Shown here: piece after piece, positions 23,401-35,125 of the stretch
How positions within the stretch are numbered: position 1 is the stretch's first letter
Layout of the letters: each line of letters begins with the position of its first letter
DNA from: Azolla caroliniana
Lineage: Eukaryota; Plantae; Polypodiophyta
Direction: 5' to 3'
NCBI GenBank assembly: GCA_043228905.1
Contig: JBHGNT010000007.1
Location: 9,734,001 to 9,798,000, forward strand
Length of the DNA: 64,000 bases
Translations under genes and position numbers: made by a program
Notes under the pieces: model-generated
Told to the model about the DNA's origin: nothing
Seen by the model: only the letters and a program-made list of their open reading frames with translations
Database searches by the model: none

Positions 23401-26160
23401 TTGAGCAAGGACGCAAAACCAGTGGCACAAAGACGGTACCGGATGAATCCCAATTATGCCGCCAAAGTCAAGGAGGAAATCGACAAACTGCTAAGAGTTG
23501 GCTTTATCCGTCTGGTAAAGAAAGCGACATGGCTGAGCCCGATCATAGTCGTACCGAAGAAGAACGGAAAAATCCGAGTTTGCATGGACTACCGGAAACT
23601 CAATGCGGCTACGGTAACAGATGCGTTTCCACTTCCGTTCACAGATGGAGTGTTGGATGCCGTCGCCGGCCATGAGGTCTATAGCTTCCTAGATGGATTC
23701 AGCGGGTATAATCAGATCCGGATGCACCCCGATGACCAAGAGAAAACAACATTCGTCACCGAATGGGGGGTCTTTGTGGCCGTGGTGATGATGTTCGGAC
23801 TCAAAACGGCACCGGCAACATTTCAACGAATCATCATGGAAATCTTTGGTGAATATATACCGGCTTTTATGCAGGTTTTTCTTGACGATTTCGCCGTCTA
23901 TAGCCGGGAGGAGGACCATTTTCAGCACCTCCGTCTTTGTCTAGAAAAGTGTAGAGCGTACCGGCTAAGCTTGAATCCGGCAAAGTGTGTATTTGGCGTG
24001 TCCAGTGGAACTTTATTAGGACATATTGTGAGCCAGGAAGGTATTGCAGTCGACCCGGACAAAGTGAAAGCCATATTAGAAGCACCGGCGCCGGCAACGG
24101 CAAAGGCATTAAGCCGGTTCTTAGGCCAGATTCGGTGGCACAGCCAGATGCTCTGATACTTAGCAGACCTGGCTACACCGTTGCATGCCACCGTACATCG
24201 GACACCATTCCAATGGACTCACACCGAGGATAGAGCGTATAGGGCCCTCAAGGTACTACTGTCACAGGCACCGGTAGTACAACCTCTGGATTGGAGTAAA
24301 GAATTTCACGTGTTCGTAGACGCCTCCGACATCGCAATCGGAAGCGTACTTATGCAGCTTACGGAGCCAAAATGGTACCGGCCAGTGTACTATGCCAGCC
24401 GAAAGCTATCCCAAGCAGAACGAAACTACTCTACCACGGAATGGGAAGCTCTAGGGATGATCTACAGTGTGACAAAGTTTCGACATTATTTATTGGGAAG
24501 GAAGTTTTCCTTCCATGTAGATCATTCGGCACTCCTTTACCTGGTGTCCAAATCGTCACTCACCAGCAAATTGGCCCGGTGGACCTTACTGTTACAGGAG
24601 TTCGAGTTTGAAATATTCCACCGACCCAGTATACAGCATGCCCTGGCGGATTACTTAAGCCGATTAGAGTCCGGAGAGACGGGTGACGGAGTAGCGGATG
24701 AGTTTCCGGATGTAGAGCTAGTTCGAGTCACTACGGAGACGGCAGCAGATGAGACGGTGGCACAGGAAGACAAATGGCTCACAAATATGCACCAGTTTCT
24801 GAGCACAGGACTGCCTCTGGAAGAGATGAACCGGGACGAACAGGAACGCCTGGCGGTGCAAAGCCGACATTTCTGCTTACTGCAAGACACACTGTACCAC
24901 AAGGGCGCGGACGGCATATGGAGACGGGCGGTGCGCAGCGATGAAAAGGAACTGATACTGAGGGAAGCCCACTGCGGAGTTGCCGAAGGTCACTATGCTG
25001 GAGATGCGACGTCCAAAAAAATATGGCAAAGTGGCCTATGGTGGCCAATGACATTAAGAGATGCGGTACGATACGCAAAAGAATGTGACCTATGCAAGAG
25101 AATGGGCCAGCCAACGGAGCAGGCTCGTATGCCACACCAGCCGGTACTACCACTTGAGCCATTCCAGAAGTGGGGGCTGGACTTTGTAGGACCCTTCAAG
25201 CCACCAGCAATGAGAACGGGTAATCGGTATGTCATCGTTGCTACGGATTATTGCACGAAATGGGTGGAGGCCAAAGCATTAAGGGATAACACCACTGCGT
25301 CAACGCCGAAGTTTCTATATGAGTACATCTGGTGCCGTTACAGATGCCCAATTGAATTAATAAGCGACCAAGGGGGGCACTTTCTTGGCCAAGTAGTGGA
25401 AAGCCTGACGACATTCTAGGCCGTTGTACACAAACGGATCACACCTTACTATCCACAAGCGAACGGTTTAGCGGAATCAACGAACAAGACGCTCCAGAAT
25501 ATCCTCCGGAAGATCGTCAACGAAAACCGGACGGATTGGGACACAAAGCTACATACCGCGCTTTGGGCATACCGGACGGCATACAAAACGAGCATCCGAA
25601 CAACACCGTTCCGGTTAGCGTTCGGACTAGAGGTGGTCATTCCGGTAGAATTCCAAGTACCCAGCTTACGGATCCAGCTACGGGAACGGCTGAACGAGGA
25701 GTCGGAGGCAATACAGTTGACAGCGCTGTGTGAGCTCGAGGAACAACGACTGGCCAGCATCCTGCATTTAGAATTGGAGCAATGGCGACGGAAAGCATTT
25801 GTCGACCGGCACAGGAAAGGTAACGAAAACATGTTCGCAATCGGCAAACCGGTGTTAGTCTTCCAAACCCGGATGGGCAAGATGCCGGGTAAACTACGGT
25901 TTAGATGGAACGGACCGTATTGGCTAACACGGGAGTATAATGGGTCCTACCAGTTAGGGACACTTGCCAGCGAAGTGCTAAGCAAATGGGTCAACGGATT
26001 CTGGTTGAAGCCATATAGAGGACCGATGCCTAAGAACCCATTTGAGCAAAGGACCGACACCAGTAATGGAAACGGCAACCACCAAGACGGCAGAGAAGGC
26101 GAGCCGGTAACTGGGGAGAATGAGGCCGGTAAGGGTCTGAGAGGACCAACGGACAAGTGA
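20401..26160 (+). pseudogene. gag-pol with stops and frameshifts
   Basis: ORF pieces 20389-21762, 21716-22243, 22276-24156, 24181-25419 and 25633-26160. Zinc knuckles CVICQSKSHTTDRC and CYYCRQEGHYSNQC, PR VIDGGSG, RT FLDDF, RH VDASD, INT GLDFVGPF and ISDQG. Confidence 0.92.
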
Positions 26161-27305
26161 TGTCACACTAAATTAAATTTAAATAAATAAAAAATAATAA
26201 AATAATAAAATAATAAAAATAATAAACAATCATGCAAAAGCAAGGAATGAATGGATGAAAGAGCGAGGAGCGAAAAGGCACGTTGTGGGCATTTAAAGTG
26301 CCACCATAGGACATAATGCTATTTTAGTACACGACATGCACACACTCGAAAAAGGCGCCAGAATGCACAGACAAAAACCACTGCGCGTAGAGACCCTTTA
26401 CTTTCGTGAACCCAGGAGCACAAAAGCACCAAGACGCTGCAAGATCATCAGACGAGAACCTGCGCACAGATAACCCCCGCCTTCTGAACTCTCTCTCTCT
26501 CAACCTCCCTCTCATCACCATCCAACCTCGCCACCGCAATCCGACCTCGACACAGAAATGGACCCGCAAACGCTGTCGGAAGCCGCCAAGACATGGCTAA
26601 AGCAACACGGGCTCGAGGGCTTCTTGATGATGATGGAAGTACCGCCACACAAAGAAGCCGACAAAGTGATCAAAGAAATCGACACAGAGGTCATAACGGC
26701 AGAGGCGATTCGAGCGTTAACAGGCCTTCCGGAGGGAGGCATACTCACGATCGACAATCCAACCCCGGAGCAACTCATCAGGTATTTTGGTGAGTACTCT
26801 CTAGCCAGCAAGGGCTACCGGACACAGGGCAGCGGAGATATGTTGTTCCGCGAAATTGCTCGTGTGCTCCACGAATACGGCCACGTGTACCCTAGACCCC
26901 CTGTCATGCCGCAGAACCGGGCAGGGATGATCATCGCCATAGATGAAGGGATCAAGGTGGATTGGCCGGTATTGATCGCCGACGGGTTGTGTGCGGCGAT
27001 CGAGATCGTCAGAGGCAAAGACGGCAAAGGCCGAGACGGACGGAGGATATGGCACGCCGTAACACAGTGGCTCACCTTGCTTGTGCCACCCGTCCAGCCC
27101 GTCCAGCCCAAGAAGCGAGGAAGAGTGGCGGACGGCACCCCAAGGACGGCTTCCAAACGGCAATAGCTGTTGGCCTCTAAGGCCACTAAGGGAAAGGCGG
27201 CGGATGCAGAACAGGCGGCACCAGGAAGCGGCAGTCGGAAGCGCCCAATGGAGGCGCAGGAGGAACCACCGGCACGGCCCGTAAAGGTCACACTCTGCCG
27301 ACCGG

Positions 27306-28096
27306 TGTCGTGCCTTTCGGCTCCGGATCTTTGCGTGAGTCGGGTGGGAACCGCCGAGGTTTTGGACTAGGAGAAAGAAGAATATGAGATGAGGCTAGTA
27401 ATAAATAGATTATTAGAAAGAGAGATAGAAATTTCGTGAATCCCACGAGTGTATTGTATTCGATTAATCAATATTTAGATAAGAATATGTATTTAGATTG
27501 AAAGAAAGATATAAGAAACTTGTGAATCCCACAAGTATAGATTATATTATTTTCGTGAATCCCACGATTATATTAATCGGTTGGTGTTTTCGGAAATATA
27601 TCCAATTTCCAAATATTTCACACGCCTATTGCATTGTGCTCCTCATCCTTATATAGAGATGAGAGAGACTAAGCATAGCTACATGCTTTTTTTTCTAATA
27701 TGCTCATGCACACTAAATATGCATGTGATGCTTTTCTAATCCTTGCTTTTATTTGCTAAATATAGTGCTCATGCACGCTAGATGTGCACGAGTCCCTTTT
27801 TAGTTGCTTGCGTTTTTTCTATAAAAATATTCACACACTCTAAAAATGCACGATTTACCTTTTAATAAAGGTAGGCGCAAATAAAGCACTTATAGTTATT
27901 AAATCTATTTATAGAACACTAAAGATAAGGTAGCATAATGGTAAAGTTGAGGTTTGGCTACGTGGAGGTACAGGGTTCGAATCCTGCCCTATGCACGTGA
28001 TAAATATCTTGATATATTATTTTATTTATTTATATGTAATTAAATCGGTTATATTATTTTTACTTTTTCACGTAGTGTACGAAATACACTACGACT
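27306..28096 (-). repeat. 3' LTR of gag-only element 1
   Basis: Direct repeat of 30121-30911. TATATAA on the minus strand at ~27649-27655. Three GTGAATCCCAC repeats. Confidence 0.92.
27924..27995 (+). ncRNA. tRNA-like/Pol III module inside the LTR (copy at 30739-30810)
   Basis: A box TAGCATAATGG (27931) and B box GGTTCGAATCC (27974) at tRNA spacing, with a partial acceptor stem. Confidence 0.6.
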
Positions 28097-28243
28097 CTCG
28101 CCCCCTCCGAACCCGCACATCCTCCGGTATGTGCCGAAGTTGCCGATGCTCGTTGTCTCCCCTTCATCCTCCGTTTGTCCCGCTATGTCAACTTTGTCTC
28201 TCCATTTTGAGTAGACCCATTCTTTCCACCCGAACCATTGTCG

Positions 28244-30082
28244 CTATCCGATCCAGCATATTCTTTGTTCATTCGTGGTAGTGTCTTTTACTGGGCTCTT
28301 TCTTGTCTTCATCAACCTTGACTTTTTTCCGGATCGCTCTCGTCCGATCGACTTTCGGTTTGATCGGCTTCCGATCGGATTCGTATTCGGCCGAATCGGA
28401 ATCGGTTGTTCGGTTTCGATTGAGTCGGTCTCCTTCCGACCCGGTTTCGATCTATCGGTTTCGGTTTCAGTTGGCTTTCTTTTCCTCGTTTTCACCAGCC
28501 TTGACCGGTCCAACCTCCGATTGAGTCGGATTAGCTTCTGTCCGATAGGCTTTCGGCTAGGTCGGCTTCCATCCATATTCGCGTTCAGCCAAGTCAGACT
28601 CAGTCGATCGGTTTTGACCGAGTCGACCCCTTTTCGGGTCGGCTTTCTTTCGGGTCGTCTTTCGGCCGAATCCTCATTCGCCCGGTTCGGCTTTCGTTTG
28701 TGTCGTCTTTCGGCTGAATTCTCTTCCTTTCGGTTCGGCTTTCTTTCGGGTCGACTTTTGGTTGAATCCTCTTTTACCCGGTTCGGCTTTCTTTCGGATC
28801 GGAATCTCGTCCGGATCACCTTCCATCCAAACCGGCTTCCGACTTTACCTTTCTTGCTGCCACCTCCCGTCTCTCCGGTCTCACGTTGGTTCTCGGACAC
28901 AACTGCCGAAGTCTCTAGAATTAGTGGGTAGGAATCCTTGGTATTATCATCCTCCATTGTTTCACCCATAGCCATATTCTCGGCTATCTCTCTGTTGTAT
29001 GCATCGACTTCGACCTTTGTTTTCTCTCCGCCACCTTCCGTCTCTTCGGTCTCACGTTGCCTTTCGAACGCAACCGCCGGAGTCTTTAGAATTAGTGGTG
29101 GGGAAGTCTCGATATGGCCATCCGTCATTGATTCGTCCATAGCCACCTTCGATTCGATGTCATCTTTCGTGGCAACCTCCTCAATCAAGTCCTCTTTGCT
29201 CTCTTTCACTGCATCAATTATGCAAACATCAATTATGCTTACCCCTTTTTCACCCGATGTTTCGGACACTTGTATTCTGAAATCTTCTTCTACACTTGGG
29301 TTATCGGCCTTATCCTTTGTCGTTGTTCTTTCGCAAGACAAGAGGGTAGCTTGTTTTACACCCTCTTCCGTCGGACCATCATGTTGTATTTCGGCCTTCA
29401 TATCGGCTCCATCGTTTGTCTTCAATCGACCATCCTTCATCGGCCATGTCGTTGACAAGATTCTCATCTTCCTCTCATCATGTCCCCGGCATACCCTTTG
29501 GACTTCGGCCCAATCTTCGGTAAGACCATTCGTACCTTCATCGTCTTCGAGTTCGATCCCGATGTCCATCCTTTCTTTTCGATCGATCGATTTTACGAAC
29601 ATTAGGACTTTATCCTCTCCCACCAATCGTTGTTCCCGCTCCGAGAGTCGAGCAAAACGATGCTCGAACTCTAGGAATGCTTGTGTTGCACTTCGGTGGG
29701 TCTTCTCCGATGCCACCCATTCGTCAAACTCGCGTCGATCTCGTCCCTTCGATCTCTCGTAGTCATATGCCTCTCGTAAAGCTTCTTCAAAGGACCCCCA
29801 TGTTGGATTTTGTTGCCGTATCTTGTAGATTCTTTCTTGTAACTCATCCGTGGCTACCCGATTGAAGGATGTCACTTGCAATCCTTCTGGTATCCCACAT
29901 CGTATCATCTCCGCCTTGTAGTCACGTAGATAGCGTGACACATCGTTTCCGTTGAATTGTCCGTTTCGTTGTACGAGCCGCTTTACTGCCCCCGTGATCT
30001 CCGACATCACTCGTTGTTCTTGTAGCATCCGCGCGAACATCATCATCATTGTTATACTCATTGCCTTTTGTTGATTCTCCAT
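28244..30082 (-). CDS. Gag-like protein with an acidic middle and R/K-rich C-terminal repeats
   Basis: Uninterrupted ORF directly after the PBS (first ATG at 30082). Capsid-like N-terminus FNGNDVSRYLRDYKAEM..WGSFEEALREAY, homologous to 48980-47859(-). Confidence 0.8.
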   Translation of the reverse strand: MENQQKAMSITMMMMFARMLQEQRVMSEITGAVKRLVQRNGQFNGNDVSRYLRDYKAEMIRCGIPEGLQVTSFNRVATDELQERIYKIRQQNPTWGSFEEALREAYDYERSKGRDRREFDEWVASEKTHRSATQAFLEFEHRFARLSEREQRLVGEDKVLMFVKSIDRKERMDIGIELEDDEGTNGLTEDWAEVQRVCRGHDERKMRILSTTWPMKDGRLKTNDGADMKAEIQHDGPTEEGVKQATLLSCERTTTKDKADNPSVEEDFRIQVSETSGEKGVSIIDVCIIDAVKESKEDLIEEVATKDDIESKVAMDESMTDGHIETSPPLILKTPAVAFERQRETEETEGGGEKTKVEVDAYNREIAENMAMGETMEDDNTKDSYPLILETSAVVSENQRETGETGGGSKKGKVGSRFGWKVIRTRFRSERKPNRVKEDSTKSRPERKPNRKEENSAERRHKRKPNRANEDSAERRPERKPTRKGVDSVKTDRLSLTWLNANMDGSRPSRKPIGQKLIRLNRRLDRSRLVKTRKRKPTETETDRSKPGRKETDSIETEQPIPIRPNTNPIGSRSNRKSIGRERSGKKSRLMKTRKSPVKDTTTNEQRICWIG

Positions 30083-30098
30083 CTCCTTGCCACCCGTC

Positions 30099-30116
30099 TT
30101 CACGTCGGGTTCACCA
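30099..30116 (-). promoter_or_regulatory. primer binding site, tRNA-Trp
   Basis: Plus strand reads TTCACGTCGGGTTCACCA, the 3' 18 nt of plant tRNA-Trp including CCA. It lies 4 nt from the LTR. Confidence 0.85.
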
Positions 30117-30120
30117 ACTG

Positions 30121-30911
30121 TGTCGTGCCTTTCGGCTCCGGATCGTTGCGTGAGTCGGGTGGGAACCGTCGAGGTTTTGGACTAGGAGAAAGAAGAATAT
30201 GAGATGAGGCTAGTAATAAATAGATTATTAGAAAGAGAGATAGAAATTTTGTGAATCCCACGAGTGTATTGTATTCGATTAATCAATATTTAGATAAGAA
30301 TATGTATTTAGATTGAAAGAAAGATATAAGAAACTTGTGAATCCCACAAGTATAGATTATATTATTTTCGTGAATCCCACGATTATATTAATCGGTTGGT
30401 GTTTTCGGAAATATATCCAATTTCCAAATATTTCACACGCCTATTACATTGTGCTCCTCATCCTTATATAGAGATGAGAGAGACTAAGCATAACTACATG
30501 CTTTTTTTTCTAATATGTTCATGCACACTAAATATGCATGTGATGCTTTTCTAATCCTTGCTTTTATTTGCTAAATATAGTGCTCATGCACGCTAGATGT
30601 GCACGAGTCACTTTTTAGTTGCTTGCGTTTTTTCTATAAAAATATTCACACACTCTAAAAATGCACGATTTACCTTTTAATAAAGGTAGGCGCAAATAAA
30701 GCACTTATAGTTATTAAATCTATTTATAGAACACTAAAGATAAGGTAGCATAATGGTAAAGTTGAGGTTTGGCTACGTGGAGGTACAAGGTTCGAATCCT
30801 GCCCTATGCACGTGATAAATATCTTGATATATTATTTTATTTATTTATATGTAATTAAATCGGTTATATTATTTTTACTTTTTCACGTAGTGTACGAAAT
30901 ACACTACGACA
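30121..30911 (-). repeat. 5' LTR of gag-only element 1
   Basis: TGTCGT...ACGACA termini. Confidence 0.92.
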
Positions 30912-33015
30912 CCGGTGAATAGAGAAGCAGACCCCTTGGCGGCAAAACTCAATGTCGGAGCTCAGGAGGAGGAAATAGAGGAGGAGCCCACAGAGCACCT
31001 CCAGCGACGGTCGTTGGCAAGGACCGTTGAGACAGCCGGGAAACGTTCGGACCCTCAGACGGAGGGAACACCGGCTCCCCTTAGTGAGACTCCCACGCCA
31101 AGGAAGGAACCGGAACCGGTGCATATGGCACCGGAAACAGAAGCCCCAACACCACTGGCAACACCAGCAAGTCCCATCCCGCCAGAGCCGGAAAGGTCAA
31201 TGCAGCCTCCCTCGGTCAGCCAAGAAGAAGCGCAAGGGGAACCAGGACAACAGGGTGGTCCAGGGGCAGAAACGGAACTGCAACTCGGCGCAACCAGGCG
31301 GGACCACCCCTCTACAAGTGAGCCCATCTGTCAAACCTCCGTGCAAGCACAACAAGGCACCGGTAGCCTGTGGCTCCGGTGGATAGGCGAACAGATAGCC
31401 AGAGCAGTGGGGTATATTGAGGCGGAAGAAAGAGCGCAAAGCGAACGGTTGCTTGTCACAACCGAACAACTAGAGACGGCCCGGTCCAGAATCCGGTTTC
31501 TTGAAAAAGACTTGGATCAGGTCACGACAGAGATGGCCAAAATGGCCTTAACGGCAACATAGATCCAATCACCGGTGACTCCGGTAAGTGTACAGAATAA
31601 AGAAACGGAACGACCTGTACATAGCAATAAGACCCCGGCAACGGAAACCGTTCTAGTGAGAGATGCGGCACAAGCCCAGGAGCTTGCGGAATTGAGAGAT
31701 GAACTTGCCGCACAAGAAGCGCTAAGGAGCCGTGAACGAGAATTGAAGACGGCGGCCGAAGCCGAATTAAAGAAGACTGCTGAGAACCTCCACCGGGCAG
31801 AGGAGAGCCTCTGGAAAGGCCATCAAGCGTACGACCGGCTAAAGGAGGAGAAAGACAAAGTGCTGCAGGAAAAGGACAAGCTGCGGAAAACGGCGGAAAC
31901 AGAGATTGAACGGCTAAAGGAAGGGCTCCGCCAGTAGAAGGACCACGAGGACCGGGCCCGTCGTCAGATCAATGCACGGCTCAAGCAAAAGACGGATGAT
32001 TTGGGGCACCTACACCGGGACTACAAACGGCTGGACACGGAGCATAAAGAATGGATGGCTGAGCTCCAGCAGGCAGTTGATCGGGCCGCGACGGCGATCG
32101 CCGACGAACGGGCGGAAAATACAAGACGCTTGGACGAGGCGGAGAAGGTCCGGATGGAGCTCCAGAGGTAGCAACAGGAAGACAAAGAGAGAGCGTCAAC
32201 AATATTGCAGAAATTACAAAGCACATATCAAAGGCAATTGACGCATTACAAGGCGCAGGCGGAGAACAACGTCAAAATCATCAAACAACTGAAGGAGGAA
32301 CGGCAAGTGGCGGAAACCAAATCGCAATTGGGAACGAGCCGGATTCAGTCAATCCTCCGGGCATGGCTGAATCAGACAAAACACTTGATTGATGAAAGCT
32401 CCGTATAATGGTGGACAAAGTGGGCACAAAACGCGACGGAACTCCAGTTGCTACGGGCGGATGCGGCAAACCGGCGGAAGGAAGGAGATGATTGTTATAC
32501 GTTGACTTCCGAGGACTTCACCGCCATACGGGACGAGCTGGCCGACGACTTCCAAGTCCTGGCAGATGAACAGCTGGCGCAGGTCAGGAAGCTCGTAGCT
32601 CAGCTAGACGATGATAGGCTGGACGCTCAAATCCAGTTTGAAAGCTACGAGCGGTCCCGGGTGCGGGAAGAAAAAGCACGAGAAGCGGCAACGGTTAACC
32701 TTAGTGATGAGGAACCGTCGACGGCTGAGGGCCAGCTGGGAACCAGTCAACCGGAGACCACTATGACGCAGGGAGCAATGACGAAGACGCCGGTGTTAGA
32801 GCAACAAATGGAGGAGCAGCCGCAGCAGCCACCAACGAACCCGCCGCAGCAGACAGCAGACAGCAGCAGAGCAGCAACAACAACAACAACAACAACCACT
32901 TCCAGATGAACCATTGGAGCCTCTCGAACAAAGCATTCTGGACATTTTGGACGAAGAATAGCAAGGGTCGGTTGTGGATTCGACGTACAAGGTACTGTCC
33001 CACGGGCGTGCCATG

Positions 33016-33450
33016 TGTTACCGGCCGGCAAAGGAGTCCAGAGTGGGAAACGGAGAGTTATTTAAGTAGTAGGAATGTGGTTGTAAATAAGCGATGAGTG
33101 TGGACGGACGGACCGGAATCGGTATGCCGTTCCGGATCCGGACCGATCCCGAACAGGTGCGGATGGCACCGTTTTGTAATACAAACCGGAAACCTATTTA
33201 AAGGCCCGGATACAATGTAATAGATAGCAGTTAATTAAGGAAAGCTTAAGCGTTGTTATCTCTCTGTGTTAATTGCCGAATTGTCTTAATTGTTATATCT
33301 TACGCGTGTGTTATGAAAGACGATCATAATAAGTAACTTAATCAAGTAGGATTAAGCGTTGAGGTAGATCCGGTTGCCGTAACACCCTTTGGGGAAGTGT
33401 CTTCCGTAGACACCCTGTGTTAGGCCATTGTCCGGCCCTAAGAGTTAACA
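33016..33450 (+). repeat. 3' LTR of the gypsy element
   Basis: Matches 19835-20269 and is followed by the TSD ATCTC. Confidence 0.93.
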
Positions 33451-35052
33451 ATCTCGTTTTTTATCTTTAATCTTAGGTTTATTATGTTTTAATCTTGTTT
33501 TTAATCTTTAATCTTAGGTTTATTATGTTTTTATTAGTTTTTGTGTTTAGTAGCCACCCCCCTTCCCCTTTCTCCCTCTATTTCATTTTTCAATTAGTAT
33601 GTAAATCCCCTACCCTTGCCCCTCTTCTTAATACCTACTCCTATCTCTTCGTCTACACCAAGCACTCTATCGATTCGGGTGCGCTCAATCGACCTTGGTG
33701 TTCCTCTTCTCCGATATCTCCTCTGCTTGTCGATGATTCACCATTTCCGCACTTCTCGTCTACGACCTCGTCGTCAACATAAAATCATAGCATTGATATT
33801 CCATGGAGGCCCACGGTTTGGAGATAGGCAACCACGACAAAAGAAAATCGGCTAACACCGAGCTTTTGTCCGTGTCGAGTGCCCTCTCAAGACAACTCAT
33901 GGCATTTTGCAAATGGTAACATCGGCATCCCTCATTCCCCTACATCCCCCTCACACACCTCTCGTTGTAAAACACGGGACTACATTATGTAGCCGTGCAT
34001 TTTTATTTCTTTTTCATGTTTAGTTTAAGTCCCCTCTCAATTTTTGAAGCATGCACGGGACTACCCACTTGGTAGCCAACATTGTAATCAATTCCACCCC
34101 TCTTTTTAATTTTTACCATCCTACCCTCCCTTCAAATCATGCATGTTAGAATTATTCACTCTATTCCTAATCATTAAACAATCTTGCATTTCTGCAATTT
34201 ACGGTTAATTGAGATTTTATTTTATTTTAGAGAAATATCCTTCAACTTTATTTTAGACAAACACCAAGTCTAGTTCTGGTTGCATCTTGTAAAAAAAATC
34301 TCTCATAATTAACAAATACAAGAGATAAAACCTTGTGGTGACATAATCTACATGTAGTGGGTTATAATGGTTGCCTCCAATTTGAAATATCCATACGTAT
34401 CGAGTTCGAAAGGATAATACATGTTGAAAAACCTCAACCGTCTCATGTGACTTGCGCATTCAAAATTAAGTTTTAGCATAAATATGTAATTAAATCTTGC
34501 CTGTTAGAATTATTCACTATATTCCTAATCATTGAGGAATCTTGCGTTTCTGCAATTTATGGTTAATTGAGATTTTATTTTATTTTAGAGAAATATCCTT
34601 CAATTTTATGAACTCCATACTCCATTATTGTCTAGTTGTTTAGGATACTCGGCTCTCACCCAAGCGACCCGCATTCAAGTTCCGGCAATAGAAACATCAA
34701 GTCTGGATTAGGTTCCATCTTGTATGAAAAAGTCTCATAATTGACAAATAAAAGGCATAAAACCTTCTGGTGAAATCTTCTACATATAATGGGTTACAAT
34801 GGTTGCCACAAATTCAACATATGCATACGTATCAAATTTGAAAGAATAATGCATGTTGAAAAACCCAAAGCGTCTCATGTGAGTTGCACATTCAAAATTA
34901 AGTCTTAGCATCAATATCGAATTAAATCTTGCCTTTCAGAATTATTCACTCTATTCCTAATCATTGAGGAATCTTGCCTTTCTGAAATTTATGGTTAATT
35001 CAGATTTTATTTTATTTTGGAGAAAGATCCTTCGACTCTATCAAGTCCGTAC

Positions 35053-35125
35053 TCCATTGTAGTCTAGTTGGTTAGGATACTCAGCTTTCACCCGAGCGAC
35101 TCGGGTTCAAGTCCCGGGAATGGGA
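35053..35125 (+). pseudogene. tRNA-Glu(TTC), degenerate
   Basis: Mismatches in the acceptor and anticodon stems. Confidence 0.55.

Larger units (their letters stand above)
27306..30911 (-). mobile_element. non-autonomous gag-only LTR retrotransposon (TR-GAG-like), tRNA-Trp primed
   Basis: 791-bp LTRs at 27306-28096 and 30121-30911 (~9 differences). 4-bp TSD CCGG. PBS 30099-30116. Purine-rich PPT GGAGGGGGCGAG(-) at ~28097-28108. A single ORF and no pol. Confidence 0.92.
26558..32961 (+). pseudogene. extra 3' ORF of the gypsy element (globular N-domain, P/E-rich linker, long coiled coil), interrupted by a nested element and stops
   Basis: Pieces 26558-27305 and 30912-32961 are colinear with and highly similar to ORF 59649-57046(-) of the sister element. 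Confidence 0.85.
19835..33450 (+). mobile_element. Ty3/gypsy non-chromovirus (Athila/Tat-related) LTR retrotransposon with an extra 3' ORF, full length and decayed
   Basis: 435-bp LTRs at 19835-20269 and 33016-33450 (TG...CA, ~9 differences). TSD ATCTC at 19830-19834 and 33451-33455. PBS TGGCGACCACGATGGGA. Domain order gag-PR-RT-RH-INT, no chromodomain. Confidence 0.95.
19236..34133 (+). other. ~1.3-kb non-array insert (19236-19834 plus 33456-34133), later split by a gypsy element
   Basis: The same pyrimidine-rich 'TTTAATCTC/TTTAATCTTAG' low-complexity repeats continue on both sides of the ATCTC TSD. The array stops at 19235 and resumes at ~34134. Confidence 0.7.
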
